Assembly (NCBI GenBank): GCA_964016885.1
Contig: OZ024741.1
Span: forward strand, 74,276,001 to 74,340,000
Direction of reading: 5' to 3'
DNA: 64,000 bases
Source: Eledone cirrhosa
Taxonomy: Eukaryota
Made by a program: the position numbers and the translations under genes. Below are positions 14,130 to 26,821 of the stretch, piece by piece. A model generated the notes under the pieces. It saw only the letters and a program-made list of their open reading frames with translations. It was not told where the DNA came from and made no database searches. The stretch's first letter is position 1, and every line of letters starts with the position of its first letter.

Positions 14130-14740
14130 TGTGATGATGAACCTGCTGTTAGAGTTCTTCTCAAGAAACCAGATGTGTGCAGAAGTGGAGGAGGCTGCTC
14201 TAAAAGTGTAGCAGCTAGAATAACAACAAAGCGGAAAAGTTCAAGGATTTTTTCTCCATGTGAAGGGTAGATTGTATGATGCTTGCATTAGAAGTGTGAT
14301 GTTGCATGGCAAGTGTGACATCAGTAGTGAATACAGAGGAGATGTGAAGACTAGAGAGGAACAAACTGAGCATGATGTATTGGATCTGTCATGTTAATAC
14401 TGCACATAAACCACAAAATATGGATGAGCTGAAAGAAAAAAACTGGGCATAAGAGGAATCAAATGCTCTGTGTAAGAGAGAAAATTGCTTTGACACAGTC
14501 ATGTAATGCATATGGATGATGATCATTGGGTAAAAATGTGCCAGGAGTTCCAAGTGGAAGGAAGCCAAAGAAGTGGAAGGAAGCCACAGAAGTGGAAGAT
14601 CAAGAAAGACATGGGTAGAGGTAGTGAAAGTTGATCTCAAGAAACTACATCTCACAAAAGAGATGACAAAAGAAAGAAGCAAGTGGAGAGTACTCATCGA
14701 ATCCATGCAAACTTGGAAAAAATGGACATAAAAGTTATGA
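14130..14740 (+). mobile_element. Degraded RTE LINE 3' fragment
   Basis: Homologous to the RTE at 35856 (GRLYDACIRSVMLHG, RLERN, GRSRKTW), ending in GGAAAAAATGGACATAAA tail. Confidence 0.75.
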
Positions 14741-14741
14741 A

Positions 14742-14782
<41 letters not shown>

Positions 14783-14915
14783 CGTGCATGTGTGTGTGTA
14801 TGTATGTATATATATAAAACAAAGCAAACATTCTTAAAATATTGAAATATACACAAATGCAAATTCTTTTTTAAATTGTAAGAGATTTAATTTTTAAATA
14901 AAAAGGAAAGAGTGA

Positions 14916-14918
<3 letters not shown>

Positions 14919-14997
<79 letters not shown>

Positions 14998-15008
14998 GAG
15001 AAAGAGAG
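14919..15008. repeat. (GA)n microsatellite
   Basis: About 40 GA units, ending about 20 nt from the exon donor. Confidence 0.95.
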
Positions 15009-15029
15009 TAATGACAAAAAGGTGTTTAC

Positions 15030-15100
15030 CGGTCTAGCTGAACAACTTGGCCATCTTCAACATTACACAAGATTTTTGAGATGGGTTCATCTGTATAGCC
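15030..15100 (-). CDS. DGKZ: DGK exon: end of catalytic domain
   Basis: Acceptor caaaaag, donor gtaaac; 71 nt (phase 0 to 2). Encodes [24 protein letters not shown]. Confidence 0.93.
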
Positions 15101-17192
15101 CTTTTTGTATGAGAGAAAATTAAGAAAAGTTAATAATTCATCAAATTGTCATATTGTTTGAATAATAATTCTTTTTAATATTGACACAAGGTCAGCAATT
15201 TGGGAGAAAGGGAAAGTTGATTATGTCAATCTCGGTGCATAATTGGTATGAAATGTAAAGTTGACTTCAACAGGATTTGAACTCAGAACATAGTAAGTCA
15301 TACCTAAATAATACAGTATTTTGTCCAATGCTCAACAAAATCTGCCTAACCACTGCCCTATTTTTTTTTAATAATAATGCTAATAAAATAAAATTCTATT
15401 TTAACACTATCATGAAGTTACAAATGTGTAACTGCTTGTAATGAAAGCACCCCTGCTTCTATGATACAAAGTTATATATTTTAAAATGTTGATATTTATA
15501 TTTAAAGCTTCCATCATAATTTTATGTAAGAACATTTTACACTAAAAAAACCCAATTAAACTCATAATGTTTGGTACCACAGGAAACCACACTAGTAGGA
15601 CATTCTTAAAAAGTACAAAACAGCACTGACTGTATCAAATTAAAAATCTAATTTATTTTAAAATTGCAAACTTTTACAATGATCTGTCCACACTTAAAGG
15701 TACTATACACATTTGAATTAATAGATCTTAGAATGTTGTTACCATGGACTTATTATATCAAATCTTTTTTACTAGAAACCCCATCATTTTTCAAATATAT
15801 ATATATATAATTATACACACACACATTCAAACACACACACACACATATATATATTACACACAAACATACATTCACACATACAGGCACACACATGCATATG
15901 TTGGTTGTTAGCCTTCCGTTAATTCTGACAATGTGTTCCAATTGTATGATCAAGGTAACAAATTGCTGATGGAATTAATGTGCAAGCGGCTTTACATATA
16001 TCTGTGCATGTGCAGAGACATGTACCATTAATGTAATTCTCAGCAAGATTCAACATGACATAATGTGTGACAAGGTTGGTCCTTTCAATGACAGATACAA
16101 CTTATTTTTCTTCAGCTGAGTGAACTGGAGCAATGTGAAGTAAAGTACCTTATTTATTGACACAATGCAACACCTGATCCGGAAATCCAACACAGGAATT
16201 TACAATCATGAACGTAACACTCAAATCTCTAAGTTATGCACATTCACATACACACATAAAAGCATACATACATTAATTTCAAACCATAAATTCATTAAAA
16301 TAAATTACAATTACAAAGTATAACACAATTCTAAAGGAATTTTATATTACCCTAATAAATTTCAAATAATAATTATTTTGAATACTAATTGATATAAATA
16401 TATTTTTAGTTTTATTAAATCATTTTTAGAATTAAAATTTAATATATACAATTTATATTTTATATCATATGATCATTACTGGCTTCATAACACCTTACTG
16501 AAATAGATGGTGTGAGAGACACTATTTATAGGTTCATGCATGGCTCTATTGTTAAAGGGTTTGCTTTGCAACCATGTTTGGGTTCAATCCCCCTCCATGT
16601 CTTTTATAGCCATGGCTTCATCAATGCCTTATGAGTGAAATTCGGAGACCCAACATATGTGTGTATGTGATCATGTCTGTGTTTATGTAAAGTAATTTAG
16701 TATCAAAGAGATTGCTAAAAAAGTACAAGACATGTACAAATTAAGTGCTGGGATTGATATAATTGAATAAATACATTCCAGGTAGTGTCCCGATATGACT
16801 CCAGCCTAATGACAGAACCCAATAAAAGAATACTCATAATATCAGTATTAACATGTGACTGAAAGTAATATATGTTAGGAACAGTGAAGATTTTGGAGGT
16901 AATCTACTGTATTTTCTTGTGTATAAGAGCACAAATTTTTATCCAAAGATTTGGTGTCAAAATTTGTCAGTGTACTATACATCAAAGTTATATAAATATA
17001 ATATAAAATATACAAACATATAATATATGCCTTCATATACACTCCGATTATGAACCATGTTATATTATTAATATGCTACTATTAATCAATTCTTGCTGGT
17101 CAAATTCACATATGCAAATGAGCATCTCCAGCCAATATTTCATGCACAAAATATAAGCTATAAGCTTATTTTTGTCTCAATACTGAGTGAGT

Positions 17193-17241
17193 AAATGTCA
17201 CTGATGACAGACAAAAATTCAGAAACACGAGTCTGACATTT
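17193..17241 (+). ncRNA. Type I hammerhead ribozyme motif (stem II degenerate)
   Basis: AAATGTCA-CTGATGA-[14 nt]-GAAAC-ACGA-GTC-TGACATTT: 8-bp stem I, intact core, GUC site. Confidence 0.7.
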
Positions 17242-17394
17242 CTATATGGTTACCAAGCTAGCTATGACATAATCACAACTTAAAATATTCATATTGGGAC
17301 TCTTGTATGTTTATTATACATAAACATGTTTTATATGCCATCATATACCACACTATGTTAGTGCTACTGCTAATTAATATATAAGTACATATAA

Positions 17395-17471
<77 letters not shown>

Positions 17472-17689
17472 CATATACTATACACAAGTCATTAACATTT
17501 CCCTAAATATTTTTTCTTCAAAGTAAGAGAGTGTCTTATATACAAAAAAATGAATTGCAATCATATTTCAACAAGTAGTATTTATTCCAGTGAATGCTAA
17601 ATAATCATTATAGGATTGTAACATAACTTACTAACATAGTAATAATAATATAGATAATGATAAATTCTGTTTTCAGAAAATAACAATTA

Positions 17690-17935
17690 GAATGAAAAGA
17701 GGAGAAAGTAGGGTCTTATGCCAACTTAAAATACAAGATCTTGAAATGCTGAAGAAATGAAGTGAAGACAGTTACCATTGTCCCAGTGGTGATTGGTGCT
17801 CTTAGCATGGTGACAAAGAACCTTGAAAACTACCAGTCGAAAATACACTTTGTACCAGGGATTAAACTGCTCCAGAAGACATTCCTACTAGGAACAGCCT
17901 GAATATTGAGAATGGTTCTGGACTACCAGCAGTAG
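17690..17935 (+). mobile_element. R4/Dong-like REL retrotransposon 3' relic
   Basis: Translates VPVVIGALSMVTKNLE...LLQKTFLLGTA*ILRMVL, homologous to the C-terminus of the 41918 ORF. Confidence 0.7.
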
Positions 17936-18049
17936 TGAAATGACAAGGAATGATATAAAAATATTGAAGTTACTCTAGGTTATTAGTTGTAGCCTGGTAT
18001 TTCATAAAATAACTAGTCCGAAGCAACATCAAAGATGGTCATGATAAAT

Positions 18050-19931
18050 AGTCAACACGGTGGCTTGGTTATGGCTCAAGAAATGAAGAGGGGGTGACGC
18101 TCCTGGAATTCTGTGATGCAAATGAACTAACCATTTGCAGAATAAATTTCAGGAAACTGGCTAGCCATCTGATCACATACCAATCAGGCGAATACACAAG
18201 CCAGATTGATTTCTTACTTGAGATAAATGGACTGTAATAAATGCTAAGACCTTCCCTGGGGAAGAATGTGCTGCCTAACACAAGCTAGTTATCTGTGACA
18301 TCAGACTAAAGACAAGAAAGAACCAGAAACACAGGAAAACAGAGGGTTTGGAAGCTAAAGGATCTTTCGGTTAACTACTGGTTTAGAAAGGCCCTACAGG
18401 ATACATTTGTTGAGAGGGGTAACAAACTATATATATGTAATGTAGAGGACAATTAAGAATTCTTGTGTTACAACCTTTTGTGAACTACTGAAGAAACTTA
18501 TGGCTGGAGCAAAACACCAGCTAGACAGAGGAGGATCTGGTAGGGGAACATCACAGTGGATAGAGCTAATAAAGCTAAGAGACAGGCATGGAAAGACAAG
18601 AAAATGAGAGTAGCAGGGACTGGTTCCAGGTAGCTAAGAGAGAAGCTAGACAGATATACACAGCTTGGAGAGAGGCTGAAAAAAGGAAGTCTGCCAATGT
18701 CATGCAATGTAAAGTGTTCTGTATCACAAAGCAGTGTGTCAGTGGAAATTGGGATGTAGTTGGGGAAAAGTGTGTTAGAAATGACTCCAGTGCACTTAGC
18801 ACCATTGTTGCTCAAAAGAAAGAGGCCTGGAAATGTTACTAAGAGAGACTGATGAATGCAAAGAATGAATGGGAGGAGGAGATACAACCCCCAACATACG
18901 AAACAGAAAGGCCAGTTATTGAAGTTGACAGTTATAGGGTCAAAGAAACAATTAAGGAGATCAAGAATGGTAAAGCTGCAGGACCCTCAGAGATAGTTGC
19001 TGAGATGTTTAAAGTCCCAGAAGTAGGAGCTGAACTAGTAACCTGCATAGTCAATCAGATAATACCGGACAGAGTCATACCCAATGACTGGTGAAGCAGT
19101 ACAATCATATATTGCAACAAGGGTAAAAGTGATGGTCTAGAAGGGAACAAGTATAGAGGAACAAAACTAATGGACCAAGTTATAGAATAGCTAATTAGGG
19201 AAAGAGTCAAATTAGATGAGATGTAGTATGACTTCATGCTTGGGAAAAGTATACAGATGCCCTCTTCTTAGTGAGACAACAACAAAAGAAGTTCTTAGCC
19301 AAATATAATCCACTATATTTAGCTTTTGATGATCTAGAAAAGGCCTTTCTAGATCAACACAATATATTGTGGTCCTTTACCTCTTCAGTGCCATAGATGA
19401 AATAACTCAATCTAACATGTATTCATTCCAGTGCCACAGACGAGATAACTTGTCCTAACATATTTGAACTCGTTTCCAACAGTTCAGAACTTTAAAGCTA
19501 GATGGGGTTACTATTTTATTGATATGACGTTTGTCAATTAAAATAGTCATTTTACTGAAAAAAAGAAGGATGACTGCATGATGCCTGAGTGCCAAGTGTG
19601 ATGGTATCAAAACACGAACAGTGACTACAGAGGACATGCATAGACTGGAGAAAAATGAAGCAGCCATGCTTCATTGGATGTGCAATATAAATGTGAGAGA
19701 AAGGCAGAGCTTGAATAAACAGAGAGAACACATGGATAATGATTGCTGGGTGAAGAAGTGTCAGTGGAGGGAAGCTGCAGTAGAGGCAGATCTGATATTA
19801 AATCTCTGAGATTCACAGAGGAGGTGACGAAAGAATGAGGCAAATGGAAAGATACTGTGCTGAAAAGGACTTGTCCAACCCATGAAAGCATGAAAAAACA
19901 GATGTAAAAACAGTGATGATGATGATGATGA
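18050..19931 (+). mobile_element. Degraded, internally deleted RTE LINE
   Basis: APE C-terminal (ITYQSG...QIDFLL), GKAAGPSEIVAEM, YRGTKLMDQV, DLEKAF, RLEKNEAAML; ends in (GAT)n tail. Confidence 0.8.
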
Positions 19932-21262
19932 ATAATTTCTTATGTAGGCCTATGGCCAGTAATTTGGTTGACCCCAGTATTCGACTGGTACTTATTTTAA
20001 TTGAATTCAGAACATAAAGAACCATGACTAAATGCTAGAAAGCATTTTATCTGACTAACAATTCTGCCAATCCAAAACAGTTTGATCATTAATCTTTCAT
20101 GATATATGTTAAAATCTTTGACAGCAAAAATTAAGTTGCAGGTTTATAGTTTTAAAATGATTTATTGTTAGATAGCTATAGCTTTACCAGACAAATGTTG
20201 AACATTATCAGCAACAGAAAAAATTATACCTTCAAATTAGTTATGAGATAAAATAAATTTTTTGTTTTCAGAAGATAGTAATTTTATTTGACTATTTGGT
20301 AATCAAACAGAGACAATATAAAGTAGAGAAGTCTGTTTAGTTTTCTCAAATACATGACAACCTTTCTAGTGATGGTGCAACAATATAATACACATACTAC
20401 ACTCTGTAAAGTGGTTAGCAATAGAATTAAGACAATACAGGGTATAAAAGACACTTCAGTCTTGTCAAGTACTTGACAACCCCTCTGGTGTTGGTGCAAT
20501 GGAAAAATACACCCAAAACACTGCGAAGTGGTTGGCATTTGGCTGTAGAAACCATGCCAAAATATGGAACATATAAATAAGGCATGGTATCTCATCCACT
20601 TTGCTTTGAAACCATGATGACCTGTCCAACCCATGCCAGAATGGAGAGCGGATATAAAATGATGATGATGTTCATGAAATAATGAGATGTGTCACTAATT
20701 AAATTGTAAACTGTATGTTGATGTCTGCTTGTCTACATAGTTGGCAGCTTAGAGAGAACAAGTTTATAGTTAGATTAAGAGAAAGCATCAGTACTCAGAA
20801 CATTAAAACATTTAGTTACTATAGCAATTGGTCATTTAGGAAATTTGTTTTAATAACAAAATGGGATAAACAGTTAATCTATATATTACATATACTAGAA
20901 AGCTTTGATGAATTTCCCTCTGTGCATTATATATTATACACTATGAAAAACATCAGAGCTGCTCCAAAAATCAGGTTGTTTATGACATTGGACTTAGTAT
21001 TATGTATATGACAAAATCTGCATTATCATAACTACATAAGCTTTCTGTCTGTTGGTCACACAAATGTTATAATCTGTCAAAAATGTTCTAAAATATTTTA
21101 TTTAGAATTTAAAGAACACAAATGTTCTAACATGCTTTCATTCATGCCAGAAACAAGCATTCCCTGTCAACAACAAAGTTTATCTTTCTCTCTCTCACTC
21201 TATGTATATATCTGTCTACCTCTCTCTATCAATCTATTATCTGTGTGAATAAATGTGTGTTT

Positions 21263-21453
21263 ATATAGATGAGATTCTACAGGACTAGAACTGTATCATT
21301 CTTGAGAAATCATCAGGAATCTCCTGATGATTTCTCAAGAATGAAACAGTTTTAGTCCTGTAGAATCTCATCTATATTAAAACTTTTATACTCTGCTCTG
21401 TATTGAGTACCTTACTTACTGTGGTTACCTCCGATTCAACCTGGAATAACTTA

Positions 21454-21455
<2 letters not shown>
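21263..21455. mobile_element. Palindromic hammerhead-bearing non-coding element (PLE pLTR-like), family X copy 1
   Basis: 56-bp inverted arms (21263-21318 / 21322-21377) with a CTGATGA...GAAAC...GTA core, an ~80-nt tail, then (TA)n. Homologous to 59589-59785. Confidence 0.8.
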
Positions 21456-21506
<51 letters not shown>

Positions 21507-21829
21507 CAAGTGGCAGAATTGCATTCTTGATCTCTCAGTTCAAGTCCAACCACAGTCAACATCACTTTTCAGTCTATCGAGGTCAATGAAGATAGTCCCA
21601 GTCCAGTACTGGAGTCAATTCCTCCTCTATATTTCTTTCTAACTTCCTTGCAATTACACTCTCTCTATCTCTGTGAGAAATTGGAATATTTAGACCTGGA
21701 AAGGTGATGGGCTCAATCAAGTTTATAAAAAAATGCTCAAGAAACACCATATATCATCACTACAGTGTCTCTATGACTTCACCAGGAGTTACAAGTCCAT
21801 ACATACATATATTGTCTCTCTCTCTCTAT

Positions 21830-22230
21830 ATATACAAGGCTGGATAGAAATGAAGCAAGCATGTTCCAATGGATGTGCAATGTCAATGTGCATGAAAGAC
21901 CAAGCATGGATGAGTTGAGAGAGAAACTGTGTATAAGAGGAATAAACTGTAGCCTGCAGTTGGTATAGCCATGGTATGGCCATTGGTATGGGCACATGAT
22001 GTGCCTGAATGTTGATCACTGGGTGAAGAAGTGCCAGTTGATCTCAGTGGAAGAAAGATGCAGTAAAGGAAGACCACGAAAGACATGGGCGGAGGTGGTG
22101 AGAGCTGAGCTCAGATCATTGAAGCTCCCAGAGAAAATGACGAAAGACCATGACAGATGGTGAGATACTGTGCTGAAGAGGATCTGTTCCACCCTTGCAA
22201 GCAGGGAAAAGTGGACATATGATGATGATA
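21830..22230 (+). mobile_element. RTE LINE 3' fragment
   Basis: RLDRNEASM...WYGHMM...GRPRKTW, tail GGAAAAGTGGACATATGATGATGAT. Confidence 0.8.
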
Positions 22231-23478
22231 TATATATATATATATAATCTACAAACATAGCTAAAGTTAACATTTGTTGAAGATACTGAATATTACATAT
22301 TCTATCTGTAAAACAATGGGTTACATACCAATATATAGTAATCACCTAAAACAACTTTCACAAACTTTCCTTGTGTGCAATATACATATAAACACAAAGG
22401 CTGTGGATTGGCAGAATCATTAGAGTGTCAGATAAAATGCTTTGTAGCATTAAATTATGGCTCTTTACATTCTGATTTCAATTTCCGCTGAGGTCAACTG
22501 TGCTGTTCATTCTTCCAGTCGATAAAATAAAGTACCTGTAAAGTAATGAAGTTGATTTAATCTACTTTCCCCTTCCCCAAAATTACTGACCTTGTGAAAC
22601 AATTATATATACACACAAACTGTTAGAAACAGCAAAGCTAGTTTAAAATTCAGGTTGTTTATATAGGATTCTGTATACAATAAAAAGTAATTTTCCCTGA
22701 TAAAGCTTGAGTTAGCCTTGCTGGTCAATTATGGGACCCCTTTTTAGGTAATGGTTTACAAATTGATGCCATTCCTGGTGCCTATATAGGAATACAGTGT
22801 ACATACTGTAAACCAGACACATTACATGGACATGGTATTTTTATGCCAAAATGTGTAATAATTGCCAACACCAACTTCCTAAAATTAAGAGCAGATTATC
22901 ATGACGCTTTTATATTCACTTTTCATGCTAGCATAGGCTGCATAGTTCATTACAGAAAAAGCCAGTACTTAATTGGAGCCCCTGTCTTTCTAGATGGGTT
23001 GGGGACCCATGTTTTGCTCAATACATTCCATTTTTGTTATTGTTTCTACAGTTGGATGTATTTCCTAATGCCCAACACTTTATAGACTGTACTGAGTACA
23101 TTTTACTGTGGTACCAGCTCTAGGTATGTTGTCATGTCTTTGGCACAAAATACTTTTTTGACATAGTTTCTATAGCTGGATGTCCTTTGTTGTTTAAAAA
23201 TCTTGTAAACATTAAAGCCTGAAGATAATTGAGGAGATGTTGAGATATATTATCTCAAATAAAAAATAATACTAATAATTTACACCTAATATGAAACTAG
23301 CTGGTAGCCATATGCAATATAATGTAATATTGTTAATATATAACAATGCAGCTCTTCTACTGCTTTGAAAGGTGTAAACGAAAAAAACCATCTTCCCAAG
23401 TAATATCAAATAAGGAAAAAAGAAAAGAGATAAACGATGAGCATTGTACAGTTTCCATATACTAAATCCACTCACTAA

Positions 23479-23553
<75 letters not shown>

Positions 23554-23816
23554 TATGTGTGTGTGTGTATATATATGTACACACACACAGTATATTGCAC
23601 TTTAGCAGTGCCAAGGAATATCTCTTGTAAACCTTATCCCCTATCAACAGAAGGGGGGGGGGGGGACGAGGGTTATTATAAAATCATTGATCATTATTTT
23701 AGACAACTTTTCATCTATTTCTTGAGAAAATTCCAATTTCTTCAGGAGAGAAGCATTACCATACATATTGGCAGTATTCCTCAAAATCTGCCAGACCAGA
23801 AGTGATCATTATTTAT

Positions 23817-24004
23817 GTGGTGGATTGGCAGTATCGGTAGAGGGTCGGACGCTATGCTTTGCAGCAGAGTTACGTCCCTTAACAGACTGAGTTCAAATCC
23901 CGCCGAGGTTAACTTTGTCTTTCATCCTTACGGGGTCGATAAAATAAAGTACCAGTAATGCACTGGGATAATTGCTAGCCTTGTGCCAAAAGTAGAAACA
24001 ATTA
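23817..24004 (+). mobile_element. tRNA-derived SINE (family A), young copy
   Basis: TGGCAGTATCGGTAGAG A-box-like, GAGTTCAAATCCC B-box; close match to 52047-52240. Confidence 0.85.
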
Positions 24005-24042
24005 TTTATAAAATTGGAATATATACTTCATATATATGAATG

Positions 24043-24073
<31 letters not shown>

Positions 24074-24202
24074 GTATATACAAGCATTACTAGCATTGAA
24101 AACGGACACCAAATGCTGATGATGATGTGTATGTATGTATGTATGTATATATATATATAAATATACACGGGTGTGTATGATTGTGTATAAGAGATTATAT
24201 TA

Positions 24203-24450
24203 ATAAAAGGAATTCCAACTTTGGTGACAGTCTAACAGTCTAGTTTGCAATTTTCAACTGTCAGTTGAAAATTGCAAACTTGACTGTCACCACAGAATAT
24301 GAACCTGAAGATTGCAAAAGCATGAAAGTACTTGTTCAATTAACACGTAACATTTAATATTCCACCATACTATTTCATTATAATATCATTATAATTTTAA
24401 AGGATTGTAAATAAAACGAGTAAATCAGACAAAGTTGGAATTTCTTTTAT
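24203..24450 (+). mobile_element. Fold-back element with minimal hammerhead (PLE pLTR-like)
   Basis: Terminal inverted repeat ATAAAAGGAATTCCAACTTTG / CAAAGTTGGAATTTCTTTTAT, inner palindrome centred about 24261, hammerhead at 24300-24338; abuts (TA)n. Confidence 0.7.
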
Positions 24451-25657
24451 ATATATATATCGACAGTCGATCGACTTTCGTCAAATCGGACCGAGGAAAC
24501 AATGTTTCCAATTGCTAATACTATCTATCAGTCGCAACTCCAGGTAGAAGGAGCAACGTGAAATAAAGTGTCTTGCTCAAAGACATAACGCATCGCCTGG
24601 TCTGTGAATCGAACTCACAACCTCACAATTGCGAATCCAATTCTCTAACCACTCAGCCACGCGCCTTCACATATGTATATGCATGTACATATATAGCTAT
24701 ACATATGTACATATATATATGCATGCAAAAAGTAAAAGGAAACAAAGTACAAGGAAGAAATATATTAGTTTAATGCTTGATATAGTAGGAAAAGAATCTT
24801 TAGCTTTCGGACACTAGTCCTTAAGCAGAAGATAGAATGATAAATAAAAGATGAAATAGAATGATAGAGTGTGAGAAGAGGAAGGAATGGAAAAAAAGAT
24901 TTAAAAAAACAGGCATGTGTGTATGCAGTGCCATTTTTCAGGTATATCATTATAATTAAACACATGAGGGCAGTGAATTAGGAGTTTTAGTAGAGCATTG
25001 GACAACATGCTTTGTGGCATACAGTTATGTGCCTTTATATTCTGAGTGCAAATCTCACTCATTTTAGCTTTATATTTCATCCTTATGTGATCAATAAAAT
25101 AAATTACCAGTAATACACTGGGGTTGATTTAATTAATGTTCCCCTTCCCTTCCAATTTCTGGCCTTGGGTCAAATGTAGAAACACTTATAATAAAACCCA
25201 TGAATCATTTCACAACCATTGATTTCCAGATGTGTTTGTGAAATGATATCTTCCTCGCCTATCTCTCTCTCTCGCAGTGTTGACAAATTGGTCAGTAGTA
25301 GAACAATAACTATGTATAACAAACTACCTATTTATCCCAATCACATTCAGAAGATAGATATATAGGTAAAATGAAGTCATCATAATTTTAGTAGATATAT
25401 GTTTGATAATGATAAAAGAAAATTATTGTAATTGATTTGAACAAATGTGAAAAGAAAATATCGTGATCAGCAGAATGACAAGAGTAAGAAGGTTAGAGAA
25501 CACCAAGAATTCACCTTTACATAGAATGTTGTAATTAAGGAAATAAAATAAGTAAATAAGTTTTTACTATATACCTTTTCATTTTAGGCAGGTATTCTGG
25601 TAGTATATATATATAAATATATATAAATAAATAAATACACACACACACACATATATA

Positions 25658-25723
<66 letters not shown>

Positions 25724-25774
25724 AGCAGGGAAAAGCAGATGTAAAATGATGATGGTGATGATAATAATAATAAT

Positions 25775-26133
25775 GCTTTCTTTATAAACCACAAGGGTTT
25801 ACACAAAGTAGACATTAAGGACAGTACAGGACAATACAGGACGGTACAAATGGGCATTTCTGCATGTAAAAAAACAAAAAACAGAGGATGTAATAAAAGA
25901 ACAATGAAAAATTCCCCAATAGGGGAGAGAGACTTCCGAGGGCCATCGTGGAGAAAGCCCATTAAAAAAAGCCACGGTAACCCTGACCACCAGGGCAAGT
26001 GTCCTCTCCCAGTTTTCCACCTTCAATTTACAGGCATATACTTGGAGTAGGTCCATTCACTCGGGCCATTCTTGCCTCTCTCACACATCTTTCAACAAAA
26101 AGCTGGGAAGAGAGCACTTCCCTCTCTATCCTG
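25775..26133 (-). mobile_element. Tx1-type LINE, 5'-truncated 3' end
   Basis: Near-identical to 45403-45765; flanked on both sides by TGATAATAATAAT (probable TSD). Confidence 0.85.
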
Positions 26134-26413
26134 ATAATAATAATAGCATTAAGAAAAGATGCTGATGCTACATAAATCGTTTATTCATTATAATTATTTC
26201 AACAGTTCTTCTATCTAATCAAAATGTTATATATATATATGTATAGTAATAATAATAAATTTGAAGACTAAAATCCAAAGAGGGCTCGATAAGGATAAAT
26301 ATATATCAAATATATAAGAACCGTAGAGGTGAAAGCAGCGATTCTTTGCTTAAACTTTAATCTGTTATTTTAATAAATATATATGTATATATATGTTATA
26401 TATATATGCTATA

Positions 26414-26589
26414 TACATGGCTTAGTGGTTAGAGCATTGGCCTTGCAATCGAAAGGTTGTTAGTTCAATTCTCAGACCGGGTGATGTGTTGTTTCCTTGA
26501 GCAAGACACGTTATTTCACATTGCTCCAGTTTACTCAGCTGTAGAAATGAGATGATAGGGACCCCAGTCCCTATCATCTCATTTCTACA
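26414..26589 (+). mobile_element. tRNA-derived SINE (family B) with terminal fold-back
   Basis: Head ATGGCTTAGTGGTTAGAGC...GTTCAATTCTC, CCTTGAGCAAGACAC body; ends in a 23-bp perfect hairpin. Confidence 0.85.
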
Positions 26590-26821
26590 TACTTCTACAT
26601 ATACATATACATGATAGGGACTGTAATGTATATATATATGTGTATATATATGTGTATATATATATATATGTATAAAAAGGATCGATCGATTTTCGTCAAA
26701 TCGGACTAAGGAAACAATGTTTTCGTCGGTCTTTCCAATTGTTAATACTATCTATCGGTCCCAACTCCAGGTAGAAATATATATATATATATATATATAT
26801 TTACATTATATATATATATAT

